IMG/VR virus record: IMGVR_UViG_2124908045_000001
Coordinates: 1 to 57,022 of that record
Source of the DNA: a virus
Taxonomy: Duplodnaviria > Caudoviricetes
Reading direction: 5' to 3' (one strand)
Length of the DNA: 57,022 nt
The notes under the pieces are model-generated. The model was not told the origin of the DNA and made no database searches. It saw only the letters and a program-made list of their open reading frames with translations. Shown one piece after another: positions 19,303 through 27,754 of this stretch (position 1 is the first letter of the stretch; every line of letters begins with the position of its first letter). A program made the translations under genes and the position numbers.

Positions 19303-19814
19303 CATTTCAGTTATCAAGGCCAACGGGAGATGTTGCACGACCCCGCATGGGCGCAAGAAAATAATTCTCCCGGTGGGCTTTCCGACACCCGACAGCCTTT
19401 GATCTGTGCTTCGATTCTCGGCGCACCCGCCCCTTATTCTGTTGCTCCAGATGCCTCCATTGTCCGCGCAGCAGGATTCTCGCACCTGTGGCGTGAAGGC
19501 TGGAAACACATTGCAGGCTTTGTGCTTGCGCCTGGCCTCAATCAGATGCGTTTCGGTATTCATGGGCTGACTCGATTCTCCGGGAGAATCCCCGCGTCCA
19601 AGTTGTCATGCAGTCTGGGCTGGACGCCGTTTCTACGCTCGGGCGCGGGGAAATCATGATGTGGCCTTGGGGTGCTTTGCATTGTGCTCCCGATGCACTT
19701 TAGCCTGCTTTGCATTCAGTTCCTTTTCGGACGAGCCATAAATCGGCTCAAGACCGCTCCGAATACGCTCCGTGTCAATTCTGGCTTTCTGCAACTTGAT
19801 CTCGTAAATGGTTT

Positions 19815-20063
19815 TCATTCAATCCTTTCGCGGCAAGCGCCGCAAAATTGCGGCTCAAGCTGTTCGTCCGTTGAGAACATGGGGTGAATGGGGTTGCCTT
19901 CACGGTCTTGTGCCGCCAGCGCCAGCCCATGTGCGTCTTTGGCCAATCCACCCGCGCGTTCCATGTCTGCCAACGGCACGGAAAAACCGATGGTCGAATT
20001 ACGCTTTTGCGCGCAAGGGACGCAATAGCAGTCTGCCTCGTAGGTGTAGCCGATGATCCTCAC
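19815..20063 (-). CDS. Conserved Cys-rich phage protein
   Basis: IIGYTYEADCYCVPC...PIHPMFSTDE...CGAC. Confidence 0.7.
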   Translation of the reverse strand: MRIIGYTYEADCYCVPCAQKRNSTIGFSVPLADMERAGGLAKDAHGLALAAQDREGNPIHPMFSTDEQLEPQFCGACRERIE

Positions 20064-20368
20064 GTTGCACGCTCCATTTCAGCAATGCCGAAGCAACGGA
20101 TGAACGAGTCACTGAACGGTGCCTGATTGAAGTCAGTGAAATGCCACAACAAGGCGGAAATATCACCAGCCTGATTGCACCAAGCTGGAATTACTCTTGC
20201 GCCCATTTCATGGAGTCCGAGGCAAAAGTTCCCGCACTGTCGGAAGTCGCCTTGCAAGACCCGCTGGCGAGCGGATGAATCGGCGTTGGTTTGTTTGGGG
20301 TGAATCCGGCATTTGAATACGTTCGCGATGCCGGCCTGATACACGAGCGCGTAATATTGAATCTGCAT
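20060..20368 (-). CDS. Hypothetical protein
   Basis: LVYQAGIANVF...CNQAGDI; coupled to neighbour. Confidence 0.65.
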   Translation of the reverse strand: MQIQYYALVYQAGIANVFKCRIHPKQTNADSSARQRVLQGDFRQCGNFCLGLHEMGARVIPAWCNQAGDISALLWHFTDFNQAPFSDSFIRCFGIAEMERAT

Positions 20369-20487
20369 GACACTCCAAGTAAACCACGCCTTCGGGCTGG
20401 CGTGAAGCCGGCAAAATCGCGCAAGGGTGCGATACGTAGTTTTGCCATCTGGTCGGCGGTTTGGATTTGGCTGATAGTCACAACGTC

Positions 20488-20790
20488 ATGCAGAAAACAA
20501 TCGAACCCCCAACGGGGCAACTGGCGCAACTCAAGGCCATGATTGCCACAGCCATTTCACAACATTCGGATCGCAAGGCGCGATGGAAGGCGATGACGTC
20601 AATCCGCTGGTGCCTTCATGCGCCGCAATTGAATCTTTGGGCTGGATTGAGTGAGCGCGCGGAGATTGTGCCAGTCACCTCACAGGCGGATGCTATGAAA
20701 TTTGACGGGCGCGACAATGAAGACATGAAGCTGGCCTATTACACCGCCGTCACGGGCATTGCGTGGCGCATTCAGCTATGCGCGTCCTGA
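20488..20790 (+). CDS. Hypothetical protein
   Basis: Overlaps the start of the next gene. Confidence 0.55.
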   Translation: MQKTIEPPTGQLAQLKAMIATAISQHSDRKARWKAMTSIRWCLHAPQLNLWAGLSERAEIVPVTSQADAMKFDGRDNEDMKLAYYTAVTGIAWRIQLCAS

Positions 20791-21428
20791 TTGCCTGCGA
20801 ATTCTCGGGTGTGGTGCGGGACGCATTTGCTGCGCGTGGGCATGATGCGTGGAGTTGTGATTTACTGCCAAGCGAAAGGCCCGGAAATCACATTCAAGCT
20901 GACTTTCGCGCGGTCGTGCAGGAATCATGGGACTTTGTTGGCTACCATTACGAATGCCGGGTAATGGCCAATTCTGGCGTGCGCTGGCTCTATAAAGGCG
21001 AACGCGTGCGAGCCGAGGTGCTTGGGTGCTCCATGTTGTTTGAGAAACGCGTGCGGAATGAACCGCGATGGGCGGAACTAACCTACGCTGCCGAGATATT
21101 CAATCTCACCTTGCGTGATACGCGGCCCGGCTACGCGGAAAACTCCATCATGCATGTTCACGCCAAAAAGCTGATTGATCGTGAGCAGGATCAAACCGTT
21201 CAGCCGTGGTGCTTCGGTGAACCATTCTTCAAGGCAACGTGTTTGTGGGTGCGTGGTGGCATCCCATTACTGCGAGCCACGAACCGTCTCGTGCCGCCAA
21301 AAAAAGGCACGCCAGAGCATAAGGCGTGGTCCGCCGTTCATCGCGCTTCACCCAGCCCGGACCGCTGGAAAGAACGCAGCCGCACGCTGCCCGGCATTGC
21401 CAAGGCAATGGCTGAGCAGTGGGGTTGA
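20778..21428 (+). CDS. Short phage C5-cytosine methyltransferase-like protein
   Basis: MRVLIACEFSGVVRDAF...WSCDLLP...KATCLW...RSRTLPGIAKAMAEQWG. Confidence 0.8.
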   Translation: MRVLIACEFSGVVRDAFAARGHDAWSCDLLPSERPGNHIQADFRAVVQESWDFVGYHYECRVMANSGVRWLYKGERVRAEVLGCSMLFEKRVRNEPRWAELTYAAEIFNLTLRDTRPGYAENSIMHVHAKKLIDREQDQTVQPWCFGEPFFKATCLWVRGGIPLLRATNRLVPPKKGTPEHKAWSAVHRASPSPDRWKERSRTLPGIAKAMAEQWG

Positions 21429-21472
21429 GCAATTGCCTTGACTCTCTCCCCGCTCTCAACGAGAAGTGAGGC

Positions 21473-21925
21473 ATGGAAGTCCTCGCAGAAACCCAACAAA
21501 AGCCCGCTCGGGCCTCGCTTCCACATGCTTTTACCGCAGCGAACGCTGCTGAGAACGCCAGAAAAGCCGTTCAAGCGAGAATCAGGCGCAAGGCAGAGCA
21601 GGAACAAGCGATTGCACAAGCGAAAGCTGACCTTGAACTGGTCAAACCATTGCTGGGAAAGGCCATCGAACTGGCGACTGGTCATGCGAGCGTGCCCGAT
21701 AGTGAGTATCGTTTACAAAGGCTTGCCCGTACGCGGGAACAGATTGAGACACTTGACGCTCAATTGCTCGCCACAGACGATCCTAGAGCGATTAAGGCCA
21801 TAACTGACAGCATTCGCAACCTCGCCGAGATCGAGCGTATTCTCGCAGGTAGGCCACTCCCTGGCTCACATCGTCCCACCAAACCCAAGTCAGGCACAGT
21901 ACAGAGCTTTGAGCCGAGTGAGTAA
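21473..21925 (+). CDS. Terminase small subunit-like protein
   Basis: FTAANAAENARKAVQARIRRK N-terminal pattern; helical. Confidence 0.55.
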   Translation: MEVLAETQQKPARASLPHAFTAANAAENARKAVQARIRRKAEQEQAIAQAKADLELVKPLLGKAIELATGHASVPDSEYRLQRLARTREQIETLDAQLLATDDPRAIKAITDSIRNLAEIERILAGRPLPGSHRPTKPKSGTVQSFEPSE

Positions 21926-21946
21926 TTGCAGTCACTTACGACGGTA

Positions 21947-21974
21947 TGTGAACATAATAGATATTGTGCGAACA
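21947..21974 (-). other. dif-like XerC/XerD recombination site
   Basis: Minus strand TGTTCGCACAA-TATCTA-TTATGTTCACA versus E. coli dif GGTGCGCATAA-TGTATA-TTATGTTAAAT. Confidence 0.75.
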
Positions 21975-22207
21975 AGGTATCTGTTCCTCGCCTGACCCGT
22001 CCCCGCGGTGTGCCGGTGTGGGGCCGCGACAGGTTAAGCCGTCCACGTGTAATTGGCGGCATTTTCATCACATCTGGCTTGTGCAACTTTTCAGAAGTGT
22101 CATCAGAACCATGCAACGTACTTTCGTTCGTAACTGTGCATGGCACTCCCCCGTTTGGGCCGTCTCAGCAGCCGTATGCGCGTTAAACCCACGGTCAGGC
22201 GGTTGGG

Positions 22208-23083
22208 TTAAAGCTGGCTGAGACTTGTTGCGCTGGCGGTCGGGGGCGTATTCGATTCTGCCCCCGCGTCGATTGTTGTTACAGTGCCCGCCTGCCAGTG
22301 GTCCTGTGCAGGGGGGGCTAACTGCTTCTGGATTGTTGTGCGCTCCAGTAGATCGGATATGGTTTTGAGCCTGTGACAGTTCGGGCACAGGATTTGAAGA
22401 TTTGAAATATTGTTCGAACCGGACCTGACTTTTGGTATTACGTGATCGAGGTCGAAAAAGCGGTGGTCACTGTGCTCTATCCCACATCGGCACTTCCATC
22501 CAACCGACCACAGCGGGCGCTTCGAAAGCCGGTTCATGGCCTCTATGCGGTAAACAGCGCTGTCGGGTATGCTTCGAAGATGTGACGGTAGCGCCCTTCG
22601 AACAATTTGCCAGTGCCTGATGGGCCACAATCCTTCCGCTGCCAGAAAATCGAAAGCGGAAGCCATTTCAGGCCCATAACGCTTCAGTAAGCGCGCGGAT
22701 TTGTTGCGAATAGACTTCTGCCGGTTCCGGGCGCGCTCCCGTTGTCGTATCTGTGCCTTCGAACATGGAATGCAGAGCCATGCCTGCCCAAACCATCGGA
22801 AATCTACGCAATTGCCACAGTGGCATGTGGGCGGTTTTGGTCTGGCCGCAATCCGTTCCAGGGTTTTACGGCGCTGCCACGCAGCATTGTAGGCATTCAG
22901 CTTCGGGCGATTAAGATCCACCCATCGCTTGTTGGAAACAGCCTTTTCTGGATACGCACATGAGCGGCATTTATGCCTAAAGCCATCTCGATTGCTGGGT
23001 TTCTTGTCGAATTGAGCGATTGGCAACAGTAGGTTACAGCACTTGCAGGTTTTGGACGATGGAATTACCGCTCCAGCTTTCAT
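22208..23083 (-). CDS. HNH endonuclease with N-terminal Zn-binding domain
   Basis: DLDHVIP...GSNNISNLQILCPNCHRLKT; KTCKCC...HKCRSC. Confidence 0.88.
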   Translation of the reverse strand: MKAGAVIPSSKTCKCCNLLLPIAQFDKKPSNRDGFRHKCRSCAYPEKAVSNKRWVDLNRPKLNAYNAAWQRRKTLERIAARPKPPTCHCGNCVDFRWFGQAWLCIPCSKAQIRQRERARNRQKSIRNKSARLLKRYGPEMASAFDFLAAEGLWPIRHWQIVRRALPSHLRSIPDSAVYRIEAMNRLSKRPLWSVGWKCRCGIEHSDHRFFDLDHVIPKVRSGSNNISNLQILCPNCHRLKTISDLLERTTIQKQLAPPAQDHWQAGTVTTIDAGAESNTPPTASATSLSQL

Positions 23084-23807
23084 ACCCGCCCCGCTATGGA
23101 TCGCGGCTGGTTACGGTCAGCGGCGGAACCGCACTTCAATGCGGGCATGAAATAAATGGGCTGTGGCACTTGGGCGTTATCTCCAGCGGTTCCATATCCG
23201 GTTTTAACGGGCGGCACAGTTGAGGTGTTGCAAGCACTTCCGGCCCACCGGCAAACGGCGTCTTGGTTTGGGATGACGCTTTTCCCACGTACGGATAACC
23301 CGTCTCGCTCCCGCTGGTATTCACGCTTGCTGCCACAGCCCCGCGTGTTTGGGCGATTGGTTCGCTGAGCGTCGAGGTGGCAGCAGTGTCCTTCCCCAGA
23401 TCCACCACTACGCCTCCAAGCCGGTGCATGCCGGCATGCCAGCGCGTAAAAATTGGTGAGCGGGCCGGGAGCTACCCCGACGATCCTCAACAGCGTCTCG
23501 CATAACGACGCTGAATTTCTCATGTGGACGCGAGGTGTCAGCGCGTGGGTTCCACCAATTTGGGGAAAGGCTTGGCTTTCGCCATCCTTTAACCTGTTCA
23601 CCATCTCCGTTTTTTCAGGTATCTCGGAGCAATGTTCGATTGCGTGTCCTTCCACGCCGCCGCTCATAAAAAGAACAGGCGACCCATCGCTGAGCCGCCC
23701 GCGCTCAACCATCCCAAAAGTTGTAATGCAGCCGGGATGGTTAAATTGTTTGTTCTGCATTACGGCGGAAGGGAATCACGGACCCGGGGGATGATGCAAG
23801 AACTTTC

Positions 23808-23987
23808 TCAGAACTCCCGGTCGAAGAACTCCTTTAACATCGCTGCAACCTTTTCCTCGCTGGTTTCCATGCCCTCCCCCTCGGGGTGCTCCAGCCAGTA
23901 TTTACCGGGTGCGAATTGATGGATGGAGTAGCCATTAGCCGTCAGAGCGAGTTCCTGATTGTCATGAACTTGGCGAATGCTTTTCAC
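23808..23987 (-). CDS. Hypothetical protein
   Basis: GTGA-coupled; YWLEHPEGEGME. Confidence 0.55.
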   Translation of the reverse strand: MKSIRQVHDNQELALTANGYSIHQFAPGKYWLEHPEGEGMETSEEKVAAMLKEFFDREF

Positions 23988-24232
23988 GCCGCCTTCTCCC
24001 TCCTCGCCAACTCCCTGCACCCCTCCTCGACCAGCTTCCGGTTCACCCACTCGTATTCCGAGCCGCAGTCCGGCACCCAATGCTCGCCCGTCCGCACGAG
24101 ACGGCCACCGAACCACCAACTGTAGGGCGCCCACTCCACGCGGGCCATGCACAATAACGGGTGCGGATGGTCGTAACAGCGCTCGAACAGCGCGTGGTCA
24201 CACTGACGAACGGCGATTGGGGTGGATTTCAT
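23984..24232 (-). CDS. Hypothetical protein
   Basis: ORF in the leftward operon. Confidence 0.55.
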   Translation of the reverse strand: MKSTPIAVRQCDHALFERCYDHPHPLLCMARVEWAPYSWWFGGRLVRTGEHWVPDCGSEYEWVNRKLVEEGCRELARREKAA

Positions 24233-24241
24233 TCTGGGATG

Positions 24242-24541
24242 TTACTTTCCCGGTTCGCGTATCACGTTATGCGACTGGCCAGTCGCATAATCACTGTTAG
24301 GAGGCGTAAAGCATCCACCACACACCCGCCGACCGTCCTCTCGCTTCGGGGCGCAGAATGCACATTTGAGGCATCCGCACCTACCGCAGATTACTCCCCG
24401 GTCGGCTCGTAGTTCTCGGCCACATTCACAGTTGGAGCACATTCGGGACGCTCCATGACGCCTCCTAACCACGCGCTGCTGCGAACCTGCGGTTCGCTGG
24501 GCAGCGCGGCGGCGTGGAGCAATTGGACGTTTAGAGTTCAT
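24242..24541 (-). CDS. Cassette gene: Cys-rich Zn-finger-like protein
   Basis: Starts in the attC loop; CSNCEC...CGRCGCLKCAFC...CGGC. Confidence 0.65.
   Translation of the reverse strand: MNSKRPIAPRRRAAQRTAGSQQRVVRRRHGASRMCSNCECGRELRADRGVICGRCGCLKCAFCAPKREDGRRVCGGCFTPPNSDYATGQSHNVIREPGK
24267..24290. repeat. Perfect 24-bp palindrome at the end of cassette array 1
   Basis: TTATGCGACTGGCCAGTCGCATAA. Confidence 0.95.
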
Positions 24542-24571
24542 CGCGCAGGTCGCAGAGCTTGGTCGTTAGGT
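24463..24571 (+). other. attC-like site
   Basis: TCCTAAC-CACGC-GCTGCTGCGAACCTGCG ... CGCAGGTCGCAGAGC-TTGGTC-GTTAGGT. Confidence 0.85.
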
Positions 24572-24900
24572 GTCCTGCCCATGAGTGCATTCCACATTTC
24601 AGCAGCGTGTTCGCCTTCCGCCCGACATTTGGCGCATCCGAGTTCAGCCGGCCAGTGTGACGGCGGTTTGTCAGCCGGGCGTTTTACGAGCAGCCACGTT
24701 TTTCCTTCCGCATCCGGTGGTGACAGGCGGGCTGGGTCTTTCAGCCACTCAGGAATTTTCACGAACGGGCCGAGCGAGTCCTCGTCGTCTCGCTGTGTCG
24801 GCGCAGGTGTCCACGGGATTTCAGAGCCGCACCCCGGACACCTAACCATGCGCTGCAGCGAACCCGGCCATCGCGTCTCGGTTGCAATCGTAGCGTTCAT
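24538..24900 (-). CDS. Cassette gene: hypothetical protein with CxxC motifs
   Basis: ATG 24900 overlaps the upstream TGA inside the attC. Confidence 0.65.
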   Translation of the reverse strand: MNATIATETRWPGSLQRMVRCPGCGSEIPWTPAPTQRDDEDSLGPFVKIPEWLKDPARLSPPDAEGKTWLLVKRPADKPPSHWPAELGCAKCRAEGEHAAEMWNALMGRTPNDQALRPAR

Positions 24901-24933
24901 GTGGGCCGGGTCGCTGAGCTTGGGTCGTTCGGG
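24840..24933 (+). other. attC-like site
   Basis: ACCTAAC-CATGC-GCTGCAGCGAACCCGGCC ... GGCCGGGTCGCTGAGC-TTGGGTC-GTTCGGG. Confidence 0.9.
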
Positions 24934-25118
24934 CGCACAGAAACTGTTCCATTTCCGCCGCAGCGACCGCATTTGATTGGTTGCAGCGTACTGAGTAGGT
25001 AAAGCTCTCCGTATCCCTCACAAGTGCTGCATTCGACCTCCATCGGTTGCGCCCGAACCAGTCGCTGCACAGAACGGCTCGGGGCCGTTCTGTTTCGCTT
25101 GGTCTTTGGTGTCTTCAT
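24897..25118 (-). CDS. Cassette gene: DnaJ-type CxxCxGxG zinc finger
   Basis: CSTCEGYG...CGRCGGNG. Confidence 0.7.
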   Translation of the reverse strand: MKTPKTKRNRTAPSRSVQRLVRAQPMEVECSTCEGYGELYLLSTLQPIKCGRCGGNGTVSVRPNDPSSATRPT

Positions 25119-25163
25119 ACGTCTTTGGTTTTCGCTGAGCCGCCTGTGAGCTTTTTGTTAGCC
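25052..25163 (+). other. attC-like site
   Basis: CCCGAAC-CAGTC-GCTGCACAGAACGGCTC ... GAGCCGCCTGTGAGC-TTTTT-GTTAGCC. Confidence 0.85.
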
Positions 25164-25381
25164 GCCTCGCACCACGCTTCCCATGCGAGTTGAACGGCGA
25201 TGTCTTTGTATTGTCCTGGCCATGCGTGCTTCGTTTCGTCCATCGGCCATCGGCAGAGGTCGCGCTCGTATGGCGGTCCACCGATCCAATCCTCGAATGA
25301 CCGGCGGCTAACCACGCGCTGGATCGAATGAGTGCCCCGCGACGCGCTCGGCAATTCGGACGTTGGCAGAGTGGCACTCAT
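25115..25381 (-). CDS. Cassette gene: phage hypothetical protein
   Basis: FEDWI...GQYKDIAVQLAWEAW. Confidence 0.7.
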   Translation of the reverse strand: MSATLPTSELPSASRGTHSIQRVVSRRSFEDWIGGPPYERDLCRWPMDETKHAWPGQYKDIAVQLAWEAWCEAANKKLTGGSAKTKDV

Positions 25382-25396
25382 CGCTCAGCGTTGGAT
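25306..25396 (+). other. attC-like site with degenerate right core
   Basis: GGCTAAC-CACGC-GCTGGATCGAATGAGTGCC ... GGCACTCATCGCTCAGC. Confidence 0.7.
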
Positions 25397-25397
25397 T

Positions 25398-25856
25398 TCA
25401 TTCTGGTTTGCGCTCTGCGTCGTAGCGAGCGAGAACGGCGTTAGCTGCATCACAATCGCCGGGCGTGGCGTATTGTTCGCTTTCGCAAACCACTTTAACC
25501 AACTCTCGCAACGCCTCAATCGCGTCGCGCTCAAGGGATGGGTGTGCTGGCGCGGATTCGGCGGCAGCGATGGCTTCCAAATGGTCCTGCCAAATCTCTC
25601 TGTCGCGAGCGCAAACGAAGTCTGATGGTTCAAAGTAATTGTCGCACAACTCGGACATTCCTTTCAACGCCTTCAGCAACCTCTCATTCACACCCTGCGC
25701 GGGTGCGTGGCGGTGAATTAGCCCCGCAAACAAAACACAATCACGAGCGATCACCCCTGCAACTGACGCTGTTAGCTGTGGGAGGATGTGCGCCGCGATC
25801 TCTTTCGCTGCCTGTATCGCCCACTCGGGCGGTTGTGGTTCAATGGGTGTGGTCAT
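25398..25856 (-). CDS. Hypothetical protein
   Basis: Modular early-type protein; contains the duplicated HAPAQGVNERLL. Confidence 0.65.
   Translation of the reverse strand: MTTPIEPQPPEWAIQAAKEIAAHILPQLTASVAGVIARDCVLFAGLIHRHAPAQGVNERLLKALKGMSELCDNYFEPSDFVCARDREIWQDHLEAIAAAESAPAHPSLERDAIEALRELVKVVCESEQYATPGDCDAANAVLARYDAERKPE
25673..25711. repeat. 39-bp direct repeat, copy 1 (copy 2 at 26282-26320)
   Basis: TCAGCAACCTCTCATTCACACCCTGCGCGGGTGCGTGGC. Confidence 0.9.
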
Positions 25857-26148
25857 GGTGTTCCTGTGGAGGTTGGGATGAAATTAACGACCTTAAAAAC
25901 GCCTGCCTCGCTGCCAGAGACAGGTTCGCTTGGATGTCTTTTTCGCTCTTGGTGGTGTACCCGGTGTCAAATGTGCAAGCATTGCAGTCGCACTCGGGAC
26001 ATTTAGCAAAATACACACTGCCGCCGCCATTGTTTGTAAGCCGTTTTGATTCACGCGACGTGAACGTGAACACGCAGCTACACCTTGGGCGCTCCGTTAT
26101 CATGTCCTCCAGAACCGGCTGAGGCGTGCCGTGCCTGATAATTTTCAT
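25840..26148 (-). CDS. Zn-ribbon hypothetical protein
   Basis: MKIIRHG...RCSCVF...KCPEC. Confidence 0.6.
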   Translation of the reverse strand: MKIIRHGTPQPVLEDMITERPRCSCVFTFTSRESKRLTNNGGGSVYFAKCPECDCNACTFDTGYTTKSEKDIQANLSLAARQAFLRSLISSQPPQEHHDHTH

Positions 26149-26336
26149 GTGCCCACCCTAACGGCAGCGATGGCCTCAAGTGCATTGTTGGTGGCGTGCT
26201 CTTGTGAGAATCCAAACTGCTTTACGAAGTCATCAAAATCCACCTGCTTGCATTCCTTCAACAACAAAGCTTTACACGCTATCAGCAACCTCTCATTCAC
26301 ACCCTGCGCGGGTGCGTGGCTGGGGTTGAGTTTCAT
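26145..26336 (-). CDS. Hypothetical protein
   Basis: Coupled; carries repeat copy 2. Confidence 0.55.
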   Translation of the reverse strand: MKLNPSHAPAQGVNERLLIACKALLLKECKQVDFDDFVKQFGFSQEHATNNALEAIAAVRVGT

Positions 26337-26500
26337 AGCTGTTTATCGGCAGTTGGGTTGTGGCCATTCAGAAGCCCCTTGATTTCCAAAACAGCCGCTG
26401 CGGTCTTCTTGTGCTCATGCCTGCTCAGTAGGCGCCCCAGGACTACGGCCACGATGTTGAATCCACCTGCGATAATGGCCACCAAAATTGCGTCAGACAT
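26333..26500 (-). CDS. Small single-TM protein (holin-like)
   Basis: MSDAILVAIIAGGFNIVAVVLGRLLS..., read manually. Confidence 0.55.
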   Translation of the reverse strand: MSDAILVAIIAGGFNIVAVVLGRLLSRHEHKKTAAAVLEIKGLLNGHNPTADKQL

Positions 26501-26554
26501 AGCCAGTTGTCATAATTTGCTCCACCCTAACGGCGGCGCTGGGTGATGTCACGC

Positions 26555-27256
26555 TTATTTTAGCAGAGGCCGAATCCAGCATTGCACCGAGAGCGCGGAT
26601 TCCACTTCTGGTGTCATTCCTTTTTTGATGTGCTCAGCGGGCACCCAGACCTTCGTGGCGTTCACACATCCGCACGCCTCGCAGCTTTCAAGTTTGTCAT
26701 CGTATGGCGTGGCCAGCTTCAAATCCGATTTGGCCGAGGCGATGGCGTGAAGCGTGTCGCCAATTGTTGCGATGGCTTTGCGAATACCTTCGGAGCGCAC
26801 GTTCTTTTCACACGTGGAACAAATCAACGCGCGGGCCGTGGCGGTTGGTTGATCAACCGGCTTCAGACCGGAACCCAACCAACTCATAATGGTGCCAACG
26901 CTGGACACGGTTTTCTTAGCGCTATTTCCTACCACAGCAGCCGCCTGACCGCGCTGGCGCAGGGGCTGCCATAGAAAATTTTGAGGTGGTGCCGCAGGCG
27001 GTCCCGACAACCACTGGTCGGCTTTGGCGCCGTACGTTTGCCTGAGCCGAGTTTCTGTCCAAGCGTCAAGCTCGTGGCTCACGGACGCGACATCCGTGGC
27101 GAGATTGAAGCGCGGGTTTGCCTGCCGATGCTGAATGATGGCCGCAACCGCCTCATTGAAGCCAAGATTGGGCGGCAATTCCCAATTGGTTTCCGGCTGG
27201 AAATAGGTCCAACCATTTGGTGGCAAGTATTGTCGGCTACGCAACACGCGCCGCAT
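26555..27256 (-). CDS. Cys-containing hypothetical protein
   Basis: PPNGWTYFQPET...ARALICSTC...CEACGC...CW. Confidence 0.75.
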   Translation of the reverse strand: MRRVLRSRQYLPPNGWTYFQPETNWELPPNLGFNEAVAAIIQHRQANPRFNLATDVASVSHELDAWTETRLRQTYGAKADQWLSGPPAAPPQNFLWQPLRQRGQAAAVVGNSAKKTVSSVGTIMSWLGSGLKPVDQPTATARALICSTCEKNVRSEGIRKAIATIGDTLHAIASAKSDLKLATPYDDKLESCEACGCVNATKVWVPAEHIKKGMTPEVESALSVQCWIRPLLK

Positions 27257-27337
27257 TCTGCCAATCTTCGCGTGACACGCAAGTCTGCGTTTAATCTGGA
27301 CAGCGGGAGGGCGTCACGCTTATCTTCGCGCAAGCAG

Positions 27338-27754
27338 ATGGAGAGACAGAGCAAAGCAATTGCCCGTGACAAGTATTGGCTGACGCCACCCGACCTGTAT
27401 GATCGCCTGAATGCGGAACATCATTTCGATTTCGATCCATGCCCGTGTCCGCGCCCCGAGGGTTACAACAGCTTGGTGTTGCCGTGGGGGAAAACGAACT
27501 ACGTCAACCCGCCGTTCCACCGGGATGATGGTGTTGATGGTAAAGGCCCAACCGCATTTGTGCGCAAGGCCATTGCTGAACAGAAGCTCGGACGCACGAG
27601 CGTTTTGACTTTACCCGCGCAGCTTTACATCACGTTGCTGCTGGAGGCTGGCGCGGAATTGAGTTCGTTGGGTCGCGTGAAGTGGGTTCATGCCGAGACG
27701 GGAGAGCCGTGTAAATCGCCTTCCCCAATTATCAAAGCCGTGCTGTATGGCTAA
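27338..27754 (+). CDS. Phage DNA N6-adenine methyltransferase (Dam-like)
   Basis: WLTPPD...FDFDPCP...YVNPPF. Confidence 0.85.
   Translation: MERQSKAIARDKYWLTPPDLYDRLNAEHHFDFDPCPCPRPEGYNSLVLPWGKTNYVNPPFHRDDGVDGKGPTAFVRKAIAEQKLGRTSVLTLPAQLYITLLLEAGAELSSLGRVKWVHAETGEPCKSPSPIIKAVLYG

Larger units (their letters stand above)
24280..25396. mobile_element. Integron-type cassette array 1 (4 cassettes; attC orientation +, genes on -)
   Basis: attC-like hairpins; each cassette bounded by 10-12 bp complementary cores. Confidence 0.88.

Noticed and set aside
19283-19310. Possible further entry site (ATCAA-CGGTCG-TTAGCA)
   Set aside because: Arm is a poor match and no complementary closing core or attC was found
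22208-23083. IscB/Cas9-like RNA-guided nuclease
   Set aside because: Only HNH and Zn-binding motifs are visible; no RuvC motifs or PLMP N-terminus
23440-23510. tRNA-like sequence ending in CCA on the minus strand
   Set aside because: No T-loop consensus or convincing cloverleaf by eye; no tRNA recognised anywhere in the window
24901-24972. N-terminal extension of the 144-aa ORF given in the track
   Set aside because: It overlaps the upstream cassette gene; the ATG at 24900 with ATGA coupling is the better start
24280-25396. CRISPR array or ordinary terminators/REP elements
   Set aside because: Units are not identical repeats with equal spacers and lack U tails; they have AAC/GTT cores and cassette-specific complementarity
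25673-26320. Diversity-generating retroelement TR/VR pair
   Set aside because: Copies are identical with no adenine-specific differences, and no reverse transcriptase is visible
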